Positions 30,147 through 39,657 of a stretch of DNA of 64,000 nt are shown here, piece after piece. The first letter of the stretch is position 1. Each line of letters opens with the position of its first letter. Location of the stretch: NCBI GenBank assembly GCA_003660975.1, contig QMVG01000003.1:32001-96000 (forward strand), read 5' to 3'. The position numbers and the translations under genes were made by a program. The notes beneath the pieces are model-generated. The model saw only the letters and a list, made by a program, of their open reading frames with translations, did not search any database and was not told the DNA's origin. This DNA is from Candidatus Micrarchaeota archaeon. Its GTDB lineage: Archaea; B1Sed10-29; B47-G15.

Positions 30147-30980
30147 ATGAACAAAGCAGATGATAAAGACCTTATACAAAAATCGTTTAAAAAGGTAGAA
30201 GAACTTCAAATAAAAAACCATGACAGCCAAGTGCCTTTGTTTCTAGAGTATTTTAGAAATAGGCGAGTTGATTCCGGTACACTCTCTTTTCTTGAAACTG
30301 TTCTAATGGACCTCGAAAGGATCTTTTGGACCATTGATGATACGCTGGATCTACAGTATGATAATAGTAAAGAATTATATTTATACAATGAAATAGTCAA
30401 ATTTGTTAGCTTTGTTTTGTTAATGGATAAAATTTTAACCAAGCAATTTGCCGATAAGAGAGATTTGTTATCTTCTTTGATAGGAAAAAAGATACTTGCA
30501 GAGCGGATTCTCGATGCCATAAAAATTACATTAAAACCGTTAGTTAATATTCCATATAACGAGGCACTCTTATCAAGGAGGTTTAAAAAATTGAATTCTG
30601 ACCATGAACTGATAAAATTCATAAAAGAAAACCAATTAAACAAAGCGCAAAATTTAAAGGTTTATGCAGCAGTGTCAGAAGCCATATGTAAGAAGAATGT
30701 AAAGTTAGACTTGTTTCTTTATGCTAGAGCCATCCAACTTATACGCAATGACATTGAAGATGTTGGGGAAGATAGAAGGCACGATAACAACAACATTGTT
30801 CTTTTATTAAGGCGAAGGTTTAGAAGTAGAAACAAAATAAACAGCCTTCTAATAACTACTGCTAAAGAGATGTATAGATATATCGAAGGCAATTGCGATG
30901 AAAACACCTCTTTTTTGAAAGAATTCGCCAAGGCTGAGATTCAAAAAATAAGAAACTTACTTAATACTCAGCACAGATAG
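30147..30980 (+). CDS. Class I isoprenoid-synthase-fold protein (putative)
   Basis: All-helical composition; first Asp-rich motif IDDTLD and second motif AIQLIRNDIEDVGED...NN. Confidence 0.6.
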   Translation: MNKADDKDLIQKSFKKVEELQIKNHDSQVPLFLEYFRNRRVDSGTLSFLETVLMDLERIFWTIDDTLDLQYDNSKELYLYNEIVKFVSFVLLMDKILTKQFADKRDLLSSLIGKKILAERILDAIKITLKPLVNIPYNEALLSRRFKKLNSDHELIKFIKENQLNKAQNLKVYAAVSEAICKKNVKLDLFLYARAIQLIRNDIEDVGEDRRHDNNNIVLLLRRRFRSRNKINSLLITTAKEMYRYIEGNCDENTSFLKEFAKAEIQKIRNLLNTQHR

Positions 30981-31361
30981 TGGGTTCCATCCAAAGAGCA
31001 TGGCAATTATGATAAAAGCGCTTAGCCAGAGTAATGCAAGGCCTACCCTTTCATTTACTATTACCCAGTATTGCCTTGTTTTTGACATGTCATCTATGAG
31101 ATGGCCTAAATAGCCAACGCTAAAAGCAGTGAATATTAAGTGTTTGGGTTTTACTAGGAATAGCAAAAAAGGGATTAAAAATGAGTGGAGCAATGGGTTT
31201 CTGTGCCCAAGTTTCAGGAACTGGTCAATGTCAGGAGTCAATGCCCCTATTAATGAGAAGAGCATAAAAGGTGGAATCTTTTCTAAGGGTATGCTGAAAA
31301 GGATTATGAAAAGAATGGAGAGCAGTACTGATGTCACTATATGCAGGAAATACCTGGACAT
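30957..31361 (-). CDS. Membrane-bound metal-dependent hydrolase (YdjM-like)
   Basis: N-terminal His, PDID, HRNPLLHS, GHLIDD; start set at ATG 31361. Confidence 0.8.
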   Translation of the reverse strand: MSRYFLHIVTSVLLSILFIILFSIPLEKIPPFMLFSLIGALTPDIDQFLKLGHRNPLLHSFLIPFLLFLVKPKHLIFTAFSVGYLGHLIDDMSKTRQYWVIVNERVGLALLWLSAFIIIAMLFGWNPLSVLSIK

Positions 31362-31482
31362 CGGAGTCTTCCTGTCTTCTTTCTCGCCCACAGTTAATTT
31401 ACTGCAGTAATGTTTAAAAATGCTTTCTACAAAAAATGAAAGATTTTTATAATGTGGCTTTCTAATAAAAGAGAGGAGGCAT

Positions 31483-32142
31483 ATGGGAAGAAAAGCACAG
31501 TATCTTGTGAGACGGGAAAGAGAGCGAAGGAATATAGGAAATGAAGAAAAAAATTCCACCAGGATAGAAACTGAGATTCTTGTAAAAGGAGGCCCTGAAG
31601 CTCTTTTGAGATATAAGGGTTTGGATCCCAAAGAGATACCCAGAGAGGTTATGAGCTCATTAGAGGAAAGTAGGAAGGAAAGAAGCAGCAGAGGTCTGAG
31701 AACACTTGAGCTATTCATTCAAAGCCTTCCACCAAAAGAGAGGTCGAAGATATTACTAAGAGCGATTGAGGAGAGAAGAAAAAGGATGCCACCGCTTAAA
31801 GAAGGGGATAAAGAAAAAAAGATAAAAATAAGAAAAAAGACAGGAAAGAAATCCTTTATTGGAGGGGGGATCACACATAAAAGAGCTGAACTGGGGGAGC
31901 TTGAAACAGAGCTGAAATTTACCCATGCTTTGCTGGAAAATGTAGCAGAATATCAGGCAGGGGGCAAGCCATTGTCTGTTCTAGTGAGGACTCTAAATAG
32001 TAAAGAAAAGAGCTTTTTGAAGCGGTTAGCAGAAAAATATGGTGTTCCTCTGAGGGTTTCAGTCACTAATAAGGAACTGCCAAAGCAACAGCAACAGCTT
32101 GAAGAGGAGTTGGAAAAAGCTAGAGATAACCTGTTGAGGTGA
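31483..32142 (+). CDS. Hypothetical charged helical protein
   Basis: GAGGAGG RBS before ATG; very R/K/E-rich. Confidence 0.65.
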   Translation: MGRKAQYLVRRERERRNIGNEEKNSTRIETEILVKGGPEALLRYKGLDPKEIPREVMSSLEESRKERSSRGLRTLELFIQSLPPKERSKILLRAIEERRKRMPPLKEGDKEKKIKIRKKTGKKSFIGGGITHKRAELGELETELKFTHALLENVAEYQAGGKPLSVLVRTLNSKEKSFLKRLAEKYGVPLRVSVTNKELPKQQQQLEEELEKARDNLLR

Positions 32143-32146
32143 TGTT

Positions 32147-32761
32147 GTGAGAAAAAGGAAAAATGTGAAAGGGAAGAATGCAGAAAAGTGGCACGGCGAA
32201 GAATTTAGCAGGAAGCTGTCAGAAAGCATAAAGAAAATAGCAGAGTCTGAAGGTGTGCCGTCCAGAGCATTACTGATGAACCCTTCTCTTTACAAGCTTC
32301 TTAAAAACCCATGGGTTCCTCTCTCACACAAGGTTGAGGCAATCAGGGAATTTAGAGACAGCTTAACAAAACAACAGTTGGAAGAATTGAGGGAGTCAGC
32401 AAAGACAAGAGAGGTTTCTGAGGCAGCTAAGCTTGCAAAGAAAGCAGGAGATGTCGCCAAGACGATCAAACAGTTGGATAAGGAAGTAAAGGCACTGCAA
32501 GAGGATATTTTTATGGTTGACGCTGCCTTGAGAGAAATAGATGAATACACGAAAATAGCAAAAAGGAGACGAACAGCAGACGAAGAGAGGTTCCTGGCAG
32601 AGAAGGGATTACAGCGTTTAGACCCAAGACTCAGGCGAAAGGTTTTGGGAATAATGCTACGCTGGAATGTCAAGTCTCCCCTGGAGCTGGAAAAGCTAAA
32701 ACGCAGGTTAGAAAGAGAAAGGGAGAAAAAGGAGGAGCTTGCCAGGAAGTTATTGCCTTGA
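32147..32761 (+). CDS. Hypothetical coiled-coil protein
   Basis: GAGGTGA RBS before GTG; 4 nt after the previous stop. Confidence 0.65.
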   Translation: MRKRKNVKGKNAEKWHGEEFSRKLSESIKKIAESEGVPSRALLMNPSLYKLLKNPWVPLSHKVEAIREFRDSLTKQQLEELRESAKTREVSEAAKLAKKAGDVAKTIKQLDKEVKALQEDIFMVDAALREIDEYTKIAKRRRTADEERFLAEKGLQRLDPRLRRKVLGIMLRWNVKSPLELEKLKRRLEREREKKEELARKLLP

Positions 32762-33721
32762 CTATTTGAGCAGGATGTTTCTACTTCTTCTTTTGCTGTA
32801 CATAAAGTCGTCCTCTGTTTTGCTTATTGACCTTCTTCTGAATTCAACTATTTCTGTAATTTGTGAGCTCATCAAGTCAGCGAGATAAACAGCCAATGCT
32901 TCTGGAAACATAGGCGCCTTTATAGAACCATACTCTAATTCACCGTGATGGGATATCATTATGTGAATAAGCTTGTCTTTTAGGTCCTCACTTAATCCCA
33001 GTTCTTTCATCTTCTCGCTCAGCATTATCACACCTTGGGTTATATGGCCATGCAGTTGCCCTGACCTGCTCCCTTTTATTCTTGTTGTTGTTACTATCTC
33101 CTTGACCTTTCCTATGTCGTGCAGCAAGGCACCTGCAATCAACAGATCTCGGTCCAAGTCCCTGTAATGCTTGGATGCAAGTTCACAGTAATCCGCAACC
33201 TCTAATGTATGTTGCAACAGCCCCCCTCTCCAATTGTGGTGTATCATAATAGCTCCAGGATGTTCGCTAAATTTCTTCCTAAATTGCAAATCATCAACAA
33301 AAAAAGCTTTTAGCAGCGTTTTTAGCTCATTGCTTTTGATGCTTTCAATTTTCCTGTCAAGCTCTGCCAGCATTTCACCTATGTCCCTGTGTTCCTTTTC
33401 TATGAAGTCATTGACGTCATATTCTCCTTCTTTTAGAACCCTTATTTCAGAAGATTCATCAGCAGATATCTCCAAATTGCCCCTGTAGCTCTGCACCTTT
33501 CCTGTTACGAGAACCACGTCGTCTGCTTTTATTGATTCGTATATGCCTCTAACTTTTTCCTCATCCTGTCCTCCCCAGTATTTGTAGTTCATTGTTTCGC
33601 CAGAGGCATCTGTCAGTATCAGGTGGAAGTAGTGGCCGTTTTTGTATGGGAACATTCCTCTCTTTATTTTGACCACAAATATATCTGATATCAACTCTCC
33701 ATCCTTAAGCTCTCTGATCAT
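32762..33721 (-). CDS. yhaM: YhaM/Cbf1-family 3'-5' exoribonuclease (OB + HD)
   Basis: LTDASG OB fold, HH-x2-GGLLQHT, LLHDIGK, SHHGELEYGS, D-x2-SS. Confidence 0.9.
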   Translation of the reverse strand: MIRELKDGELISDIFVVKIKRGMFPYKNGHYFHLILTDASGETMNYKYWGGQDEEKVRGIYESIKADDVVLVTGKVQSYRGNLEISADESSEIRVLKEGEYDVNDFIEKEHRDIGEMLAELDRKIESIKSNELKTLLKAFFVDDLQFRKKFSEHPGAIMIHHNWRGGLLQHTLEVADYCELASKHYRDLDRDLLIAGALLHDIGKVKEIVTTTRIKGSRSGQLHGHITQGVIMLSEKMKELGLSEDLKDKLIHIMISHHGELEYGSIKAPMFPEALAVYLADLMSSQITEIVEFRRRSISKTEDDFMYSKRRSRNILLK

Positions 33722-33801
33722 CCTCTTTTTTCTTATCAAAGAAGCACCCCGCCACTGTATATTTCACATGCTCTGCATTTATACCTTTCTTTGCTGCACT
33801 T

Positions 33802-34170
33802 CTAATATTCCTCGCACGTTAACTCGAAATAATTCTTTGGATGGTTGCATGATGGGCATATCTCTGGAGGCTCTTCACCTTCATGTATATATCCGCATTT
33901 CATACAAACCCAGTATACCTTCTTTTCCTTTTTGAACATTGTGCCTTTTTTTATTTCATCCAACAGTTTTCTGAACCTCTCTTCATGGTGCTTTTCTGCT
34001 ATTGCTATTGCTCTCAACCTCTTTGCTATGTCTGCATACCCCTCTTTTTCAGCTATCTCAGCAAACTCTGGATACATTTTTGTGTTCTCAAATAGACATT
34101 TCGGCCTGCCACAAAGCAGTCTTGTTCCCTTACATATCGCGCAAAGGTTTTCGTAATGTCTCATCATCAT
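33802..34170 (-). pseudogene. Chimeric ORF: Nre-like Cys N-terminus joined to the C-terminal half of rubrerythrin
   Basis: LCAICKGTRLLCGRPKC, then ENTKMYPEFAEIAEKEG...AEKHHEERF...WVCMKCG...CPSC...YF. Confidence 0.7.
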
Positions 34171-34235
34171 TTATCTTTTGCTCCTACAGGTTATAAATGC
34201 TTCACTCTGCTGTCGCGTAATCTTTTTAAGCCCTT

Positions 34236-34799
34236 TTGAGTAAGAGGGTTATGGATAGGGAATTCAAAAGGAATGTCGTTCACCTGATATTCGGGACAGT
34301 TGTAGCTGTTTCTGTGTTAATTTTTAGCAGTACTGCTCTTCTGTCAACAGGAATAATTATTATCGCAGGTTTGGTAATAGCCAAACTATGCGAGAAGCAC
34401 GAGGTCTTTATCTTCTCTTACCTACTTAAGCAAATGGAAAGAGAAAATGCGCTTATACCTGGGCAAGGCGTTCTCTCCTTTTTCATAGGCGCTTTCATTT
34501 CTCTGCTTTTCTTTCCTGTTCACATTGTTTTTTATTCCATTCTCATTCTGGCATTTCTTGACAGTTTCTCAACAGTTTTTGGAAAGGCCTTTGGCAGAAT
34601 AAGAATTTACAAGAGAAAGACAGTAATCGGAACTGCGAGCGGTTTTCTTTCTGCATTTCTTTTAATGATACTCTTAACGAATGTCAAAGCTGCTTTTTTC
34701 TCTTCTTTGGCTGCGTCTTTAGTGGAACTTTTCTCTCCATTTGATGACAATGTTGTTTTGCCTCCTGTAGTGTCTCTCGTTCTCTACCTATTGCTGTAA
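34236..34799 (+). CDS. Dolichol/phytol kinase family membrane protein
   Basis: RNVVHL, DSFSTVFG, KTVIG, DDN. Confidence 0.85.
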   Translation: MSKRVMDREFKRNVVHLIFGTVVAVSVLIFSSTALLSTGIIIIAGLVIAKLCEKHEVFIFSYLLKQMERENALIPGQGVLSFFIGAFISLLFFPVHIVFYSILILAFLDSFSTVFGKAFGRIRIYKRKTVIGTASGFLSAFLLMILLTNVKAAFFSSLAASLVELFSPFDDNVVLPPVVSLVLYLLL

Positions 34800-34841
34800 T
34801 AAATATCAATCATTAAAAAGCAGATTATCTCCTATATTAGC

Positions 34842-35525
34842 ATGGCAAAAATTCATAAATTTAAAGGCAGGCTTTATACAGAAATTCCAAGAGAAGTTGT
34901 TGATGATTTAGGCATCAGTGAAGACAAGGAGCTGAACTTTGTAAGAGTTTACCCTCGCCTTTATGTTGTCTCTGTTAAAGAAGGGGAAAAGGAAGACCTT
35001 GAGAGGAAGGTGATTGAAAAAGCAATGAAGATACCGCACAGTAAACGCGAGAAAGATGCTTTTCTCTCCAGCCTCAGCAAAGAAGAGAAGAGAGCTTATG
35101 AGCAACTCCTTAAGAAAAAAATACTGTTTGAGTACAAGAGCAAGGGAAAAGAAATGGTAGGCATAGACAGAGCATTTGTAAAGAAAGAGGAGAGCGAATT
35201 GATAAATAAGCTGGAGAGAAAAGGGTATCATATAATGGAAGATGATGCAGAGGCAAAAAAGGTAAATGAAGAAATTATGAAACACAAGAGAGAGAACGAT
35301 TTCTTAGGAATAAAGGGCTTTGACAAAAAGTATTACCTAATAAGCAGAAAAAAACTTGCCGAGGTTGAGAATAAGATTCTAAAAGCTTTGTCATCAGAGA
35401 AGAGTGTGAAGCAAGTGGCTGAGAGTTTAGGGTATAAGGAGGAGCTGTGCCTAGCTGCTATACGCTTTTTAGAGGCCGAGGGAAAGATTTTTGAGAAGAA
35501 AAAGGGCATTTATAAGGCGATATAG
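34842..35525 (+). CDS. Putative DNA-binding protein (AbrB-like N-terminus, winged-helix C-terminus)
   Basis: EIPREVVDDLGI; VKQVAESLG...LEAEGKI. Confidence 0.6.
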   Translation: MAKIHKFKGRLYTEIPREVVDDLGISEDKELNFVRVYPRLYVVSVKEGEKEDLERKVIEKAMKIPHSKREKDAFLSSLSKEEKRAYEQLLKKKILFEYKSKGKEMVGIDRAFVKKEESELINKLERKGYHIMEDDAEAKKVNEEIMKHKRENDFLGIKGFDKKYYLISRKKLAEVENKILKALSSEKSVKQVAESLGYKEELCLAAIRFLEAEGKIFEKKKGIYKAI

Positions 35526-35533
35526 GTGTCCTT

Positions 35534-35902
35534 ATGGCTGAGCTTACGTATGTAATTCCGATATTAACCGAGAAAGAATCAGAAGACGATTTTCTGAACA
35601 AAGCGAGGAAGGCAGAGCATATTATATTGCTTTATGTCGTTGATGAAGCAGAGCTAAAAGACGTTCCATCTGGCTTCATAGGGGGCAGGATAAAAGCAGC
35701 TGAAAATGTTATGGACACTTACAAGAAGAAATTCAAAAGAAAAAATGTTGAAGGTTTTATTGAATGGGGTAGTTGGTTTACCAAGATAAAAGCATATTAT
35801 GTATTAAAAAAAGCAGACCTTGTCTTAATGAGGAATTCAATTCTCGCCAATAAAATAGCAAAGGAATTGAAGAGAGACTCGATTAATTTTGAGGTAGTCT
35901 GA
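35534..35902 (+). CDS. Universal stress protein-like protein
   Basis: IILLYVVD, EWG, ADLVLM. Confidence 0.6.
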   Translation: MAELTYVIPILTEKESEDDFLNKARKAEHIILLYVVDEAELKDVPSGFIGGRIKAAENVMDTYKKKFKRKNVEGFIEWGSWFTKIKAYYVLKKADLVLMRNSILANKIAKELKRDSINFEVV

Positions 35903-36861
35903 TGGCAAAAAAGGTTTTGATAACAGGCAGTTCTGGCTTTTTTGGCACTGCTATGCTTCATTATTTGCTAAATAAAAAATATAAGGTGCTTGGCATTGAC
36001 CTTAAGGAAGCATCTGAGAAGGCAAGGGGATTTGTTTTCAAGAAAGCAGATATCAGAGATGCCTCTCTGGTGGATAAGCTTACAAAAGGGGTAGATATAG
36101 TAATCCACGCAGCAGCTGCAATGCCACACTTTAAGAAAGAGGAAATTTTTTCAGTAAATGTTTTAGGCACGAAAAATCTGCTGGAATCTTCAATAAAAAA
36201 CAAGGTCAAGCGCTTCATTTTTTTGTCAAGCACTGAGATTTACGGCTTTCCAGAAAACTTTCCAATCACAGAAAGCTTTCCACTGAAGGCATTTGATGCA
36301 TATACAAGGAGCAAGGTAATAGGAGAAAGCTTATGCCGCGGTTATATGGGAAGAGGGACGCTAATATCTATATTAAGACCAACTACTTTCGTCGGCCCGG
36401 GTCGCTTGAGGTCCTATAAGAAACTATATGATCTCGCCAGGACTGGCAGGAGCATACCAATAATAGGCAAGGGAAACAAGCCATATCAGATACTCCATGT
36501 TTCAGACCTTGTTTCAGCTGTTTTTAGCTTAATAAAATCAAACAGAAGTCGCTTTGAAGACACTTATAATCTGTCTCCAAGAGACGCTCCGACGTCAAGG
36601 GAAATTATGCAGGCCCTTTTGGACCACGCTGGCTTCGGCAAGAAAGTAATCAGCGTGGCTCCTTTAATTGGCCTGCCTGTTATGAACATAATTGAGAGAA
36701 CTGGCTTATACGACATCCACAAGTGGTCATATATGTCTTTGTATAAAGGACATTATGTCTCCTCTGAAAAGATAGGCAAAGCTCTTGCCTGGAAGGCATC
36801 AAAGGACTCTATAGAAGCGCTTTTAGATGGGTATGACTGGTACATAAAACGCTTTACATAG
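35902..36861 (+). CDS. NAD-dependent epimerase/dehydratase
   Basis: ITGSSGFFG, HAAA, SSTEIYG, YTRSK. Confidence 0.9.
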   Translation: MAKKVLITGSSGFFGTAMLHYLLNKKYKVLGIDLKEASEKARGFVFKKADIRDASLVDKLTKGVDIVIHAAAAMPHFKKEEIFSVNVLGTKNLLESSIKNKVKRFIFLSSTEIYGFPENFPITESFPLKAFDAYTRSKVIGESLCRGYMGRGTLISILRPTTFVGPGRLRSYKKLYDLARTGRSIPIIGKGNKPYQILHVSDLVSAVFSLIKSNRSRFEDTYNLSPRDAPTSREIMQALLDHAGFGKKVISVAPLIGLPVMNIIERTGLYDIHKWSYMSLYKGHYVSSEKIGKALAWKASKDSIEALLDGYDWYIKRFT

Positions 36862-37939
36862 AATCTACAATGCTCCTGGCTTTGTCCATAAGCTTTCTTT
36901 TTTTTCTCTGATGCTCCATAAGCATTTTCTTCAGCCGCCCAATTGCCTCTTTTTTACAGTCTCCACACAGTAGTTTGCCTGCCTTACATGCTTCATATCT
37001 TTCTTTTAGTTTCTTATCATCTTTTTCCAAGTGAAATAAAAACAGCTCATATATAGGGCAGTTTTCAGGCTGGCCTCCCTTCTCTTTCTGCTCTTTTACA
37101 GTAGCCCTCCCGCCTGTAAACCCATTCATAACTTTTCTTTCAATGTCTTCCTCAGTGTCGCTTAGCGTTATCATTGAACTTTCATCTCTTTTGCTCATTT
37201 TACTGTCTCCAGACAGCGACCTTATAAATTTGTTATAAGTGCTGGATGGAGATATCAGGCCATGCTTTGGCGCTATGTCTCTTGTTAATCTTATGTGTGG
37301 GTCTTGGTCAATCCCAACAGGAACCACAGTTGGCTTTGGGCCTCCAAATTCAGGCATCTGGGGCAGTAATATATCAGCCACCTGTATCAGCGCTGCCATA
37401 TAATACCCTATATCCTTTTCCCCATATATGGCTCTCATCATGTTGTTGGTTACATTGTTGGAGAAAACAAAGGCCATGTTATTGACTCTTGTCTGCTTAG
37501 ATTGCCTGTAAAAGTAGGCTCTTTTCTCAGATGCGTCTACGCCAAGAGCCAAGAGGTCAGCTATGTTGTCTATTGCCGTGTCCCTCTGTTCTTCCAAAGC
37601 TATCTTATTCGTGATTAATGCTTCCAAATCAGCTATACAGTAAAACAATTTGGCTCCCAGCCTTTGGAAGTATTTTATTTGTTCAGCAACTAACTTACTG
37701 CCAAGATGGAAATTATTGCTCGGTTTTATCCCAGTCATAATGGCGAATTCCTTTCCTTTACGGTGCGCATCAATTATTCTTTCTATGTCCCTGTGGGCAA
37801 AGACTATTTTTCTCCTAAAGAGAAAGTTATCGCCAGGCATTAGCTCTACAGGAATTTCCTTTATAGCAAAAGCTCGCATCACATCCCTATAATCTTCTAT
37901 AACGCTTTCGCCAAATGGGTCAAGTTTCATGCTTACCAC
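36854..37939 (-). CDS. trpS: Tryptophan--tRNA ligase
   Basis: TGIKPSNNFHLG, QVADIL, PVGIDQDPH, KMSK, TGGR. Confidence 0.95.
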   Translation of the reverse strand: MVSMKLDPFGESVIEDYRDVMRAFAIKEIPVELMPGDNFLFRRKIVFAHRDIERIIDAHRKGKEFAIMTGIKPSNNFHLGSKLVAEQIKYFQRLGAKLFYCIADLEALITNKIALEEQRDTAIDNIADLLALGVDASEKRAYFYRQSKQTRVNNMAFVFSNNVTNNMMRAIYGEKDIGYYMAALIQVADILLPQMPEFGGPKPTVVPVGIDQDPHIRLTRDIAPKHGLISPSSTYNKFIRSLSGDSKMSKRDESSMITLSDTEEDIERKVMNGFTGGRATVKEQKEKGGQPENCPIYELFLFHLEKDDKKLKERYEACKAGKLLCGDCKKEAIGRLKKMLMEHQRKKRKLMDKARSIVDSM

Positions 37940-38092
37940 TACTCTCCTCTTTTTTATAATGCTTTCCTAAGAAAAAGCTAGCGCTCTTAAATTCTTTTAG
38001 TTTATTCACCATTGGAGCGCAACACCCATCAATTTCACCGAGCTATTTTTTGAACGAGGCACTTTAAATATTTAAGCATTTAAAATATATCT

Positions 38093-38611
38093 ATGGCATT
38101 GTTGTTAAACAACCAGGTTTGGATGACAGAAGATGAGAAAGCTTTGATAGAGGACCTACTCAGGAGAGGCTATGGAGAGAAGATATCTAACAGATTGCTG
38201 CTCATGCCAGAGGAGGCTCTTTTTCTTATGGAAAAGAGAAAGAGCTTTACAGTAAGCACAGAAAGGGGAAAGAAAAAGAGCTTTGATGAATTGTACAAAT
38301 TGTTCACCCGCCTAGATAAGCTGTTTCCGCTGAAATATAATGTTTTTAGGGACTTGAGAGAAAGAGGATACTGTGTTAAAACTGGTTTTAAATTTGGTTC
38401 GCATTATAGAGTCTATGCCAGAGGCAAAAAGCCAGGCTCTGGCCACGCAGACTGGCTTGTCCAAGCAATTCCAGAAAATAGGATATTTGAGGCCAATCAG
38501 CTTTCTGTGGCAGTGCGCCTCGCCCAAAATGTTAGAAAGAAAATGATATATGCAGTTGTCGATAAAGAGGGAGATATCGTTTATTATAAGGTTGAGAGGA
38601 TAACGCCATAG
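38093..38611 (+). CDS. endA: tRNA-intron endonuclease, single catalytic unit
   Basis: EEALFL, DLRERGY, KTGFKFGSHYRVY, GHA, VRLAQNVRKK. Confidence 0.93.
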   Translation: MALLLNNQVWMTEDEKALIEDLLRRGYGEKISNRLLLMPEEALFLMEKRKSFTVSTERGKKKSFDELYKLFTRLDKLFPLKYNVFRDLRERGYCVKTGFKFGSHYRVYARGKKPGSGHADWLVQAIPENRIFEANQLSVAVRLAQNVRKKMIYAVVDKEGDIVYYKVERITP

Positions 38612-38620
38612 GTGAGGTAG

Positions 38621-39376
38621 ATGCTTTTTTTGATAGGCCTTGGTTTGTCTGATGAGAAAGACATAACGCTAAGAGGACTGGAGCTTGCAAGCTCTGCAGA
38701 CCTAGTTTTTCTTGAGGCCTATACAAGCAAGCTGTACAAGGAAGATTTGAAGGCCTTGGAAAAGCTTATAGGGAAAAAGATTCAGAGAGCAGATAGGGAG
38801 TTCATAGAGTCATCTAAGATCCTTCTCTATGCGCACAAGCATAACGTTGCTCTTTTAGTTCCAGGAGACCCAATGATTGCAACTACCCATGCAGAACTTA
38901 TTCTACGGGCAAGGGAGGAAAAGATAGAGACTAAGATTGTCCACAATGCAGGCATAATGAACGCAGTGCTGGACACTGGGCTTCAGTTTTACAAGTTCGG
39001 AAGAACGACAACCATAAGCTTTTGGGAAGGGAATTACAAGCCAACAAGTTTCTATGATGTGATAAAAAGAAATAAAAAAATGAATCTTCACAGCTTATGT
39101 CTTCTTGATATTGATATTGTTAAGAATAGGTATATGAGCCCAAATGAAGCTATAAGGAGACTGCTTTTCATACAGAAACAGAGGGGAGATGAAGCTGTTA
39201 TAGATGAAGTTGTTGTTTGTTCAAGGATGGGTAGCACTAAGCAGAATATAATATACGGAAAAGCAGTAGAGCTGCAAAATCTCGCTTTCGGCAATGGGCT
39301 GCACTGCTTGGTGATACCTGCAGCTCTTCATGACCTCGAGAGAGAATTTCTTGAGCAGTTTAGGGTGAAGCAATGA
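38621..39376 (+). CDS. dph5: Diphthine synthase
   Basis: IGLGL...DIT, EAYTS, GDPMIATTH, GLQFYKFG, HSLCLLD. Confidence 0.95.
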   Translation: MLFLIGLGLSDEKDITLRGLELASSADLVFLEAYTSKLYKEDLKALEKLIGKKIQRADREFIESSKILLYAHKHNVALLVPGDPMIATTHAELILRAREEKIETKIVHNAGIMNAVLDTGLQFYKFGRTTTISFWEGNYKPTSFYDVIKRNKKMNLHSLCLLDIDIVKNRYMSPNEAIRRLLFIQKQRGDEAVIDEVVVCSRMGSTKQNIIYGKAVELQNLAFGNGLHCLVIPAALHDLEREFLEQFRVKQ

Positions 39377-39618
39377 AAAAGCTGGACTACTGTATTAGGA
39401 TGACTTCTGACTGCCTGAAGGAATTGAAAATACTGGATGAGAAAGCTAAAGCACTGATTGATTTTGCTAGGGATTATTTGAAGGATGCAGAGTATTATTA
39501 CGATAAGGACCCAGAGACAGCACTTGAAGCAGTGTCTTATGCACATGGTTTTATAGATGCTGCCGTGCTTTTAGGTCTTATTGAGATACCTGGCTACCAC
39601 CTGAAAAAGAAGTTTTAA
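39373..39618 (+). CDS. DUF357-family protein
   Basis: YLKDAEYY...YAHGFIDA; overlaps the dph5 stop. Confidence 0.85.
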   Translation: MKKLDYCIRMTSDCLKELKILDEKAKALIDFARDYLKDAEYYYDKDPETALEAVSYAHGFIDAAVLLGLIEIPGYHLKKKF

Positions 39619-39657
39619 GCAAAACAGTTATATTAGATTAATTCTTTACTTTTTACG

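Noticed and set aside
31362-31718. Long N-terminal extension of the YdjM-like hydrolase
   Set aside because: It is antisense to the 31483 gene and crosses an AT-rich promoter gap.
33736-33804. Readthrough of the rubrerythrin TAG into KCSKERYKCRAC...
   Set aside because: YFELTCEEY is the normal rubrerythrin end; the short Cys-containing extension is probably chance.
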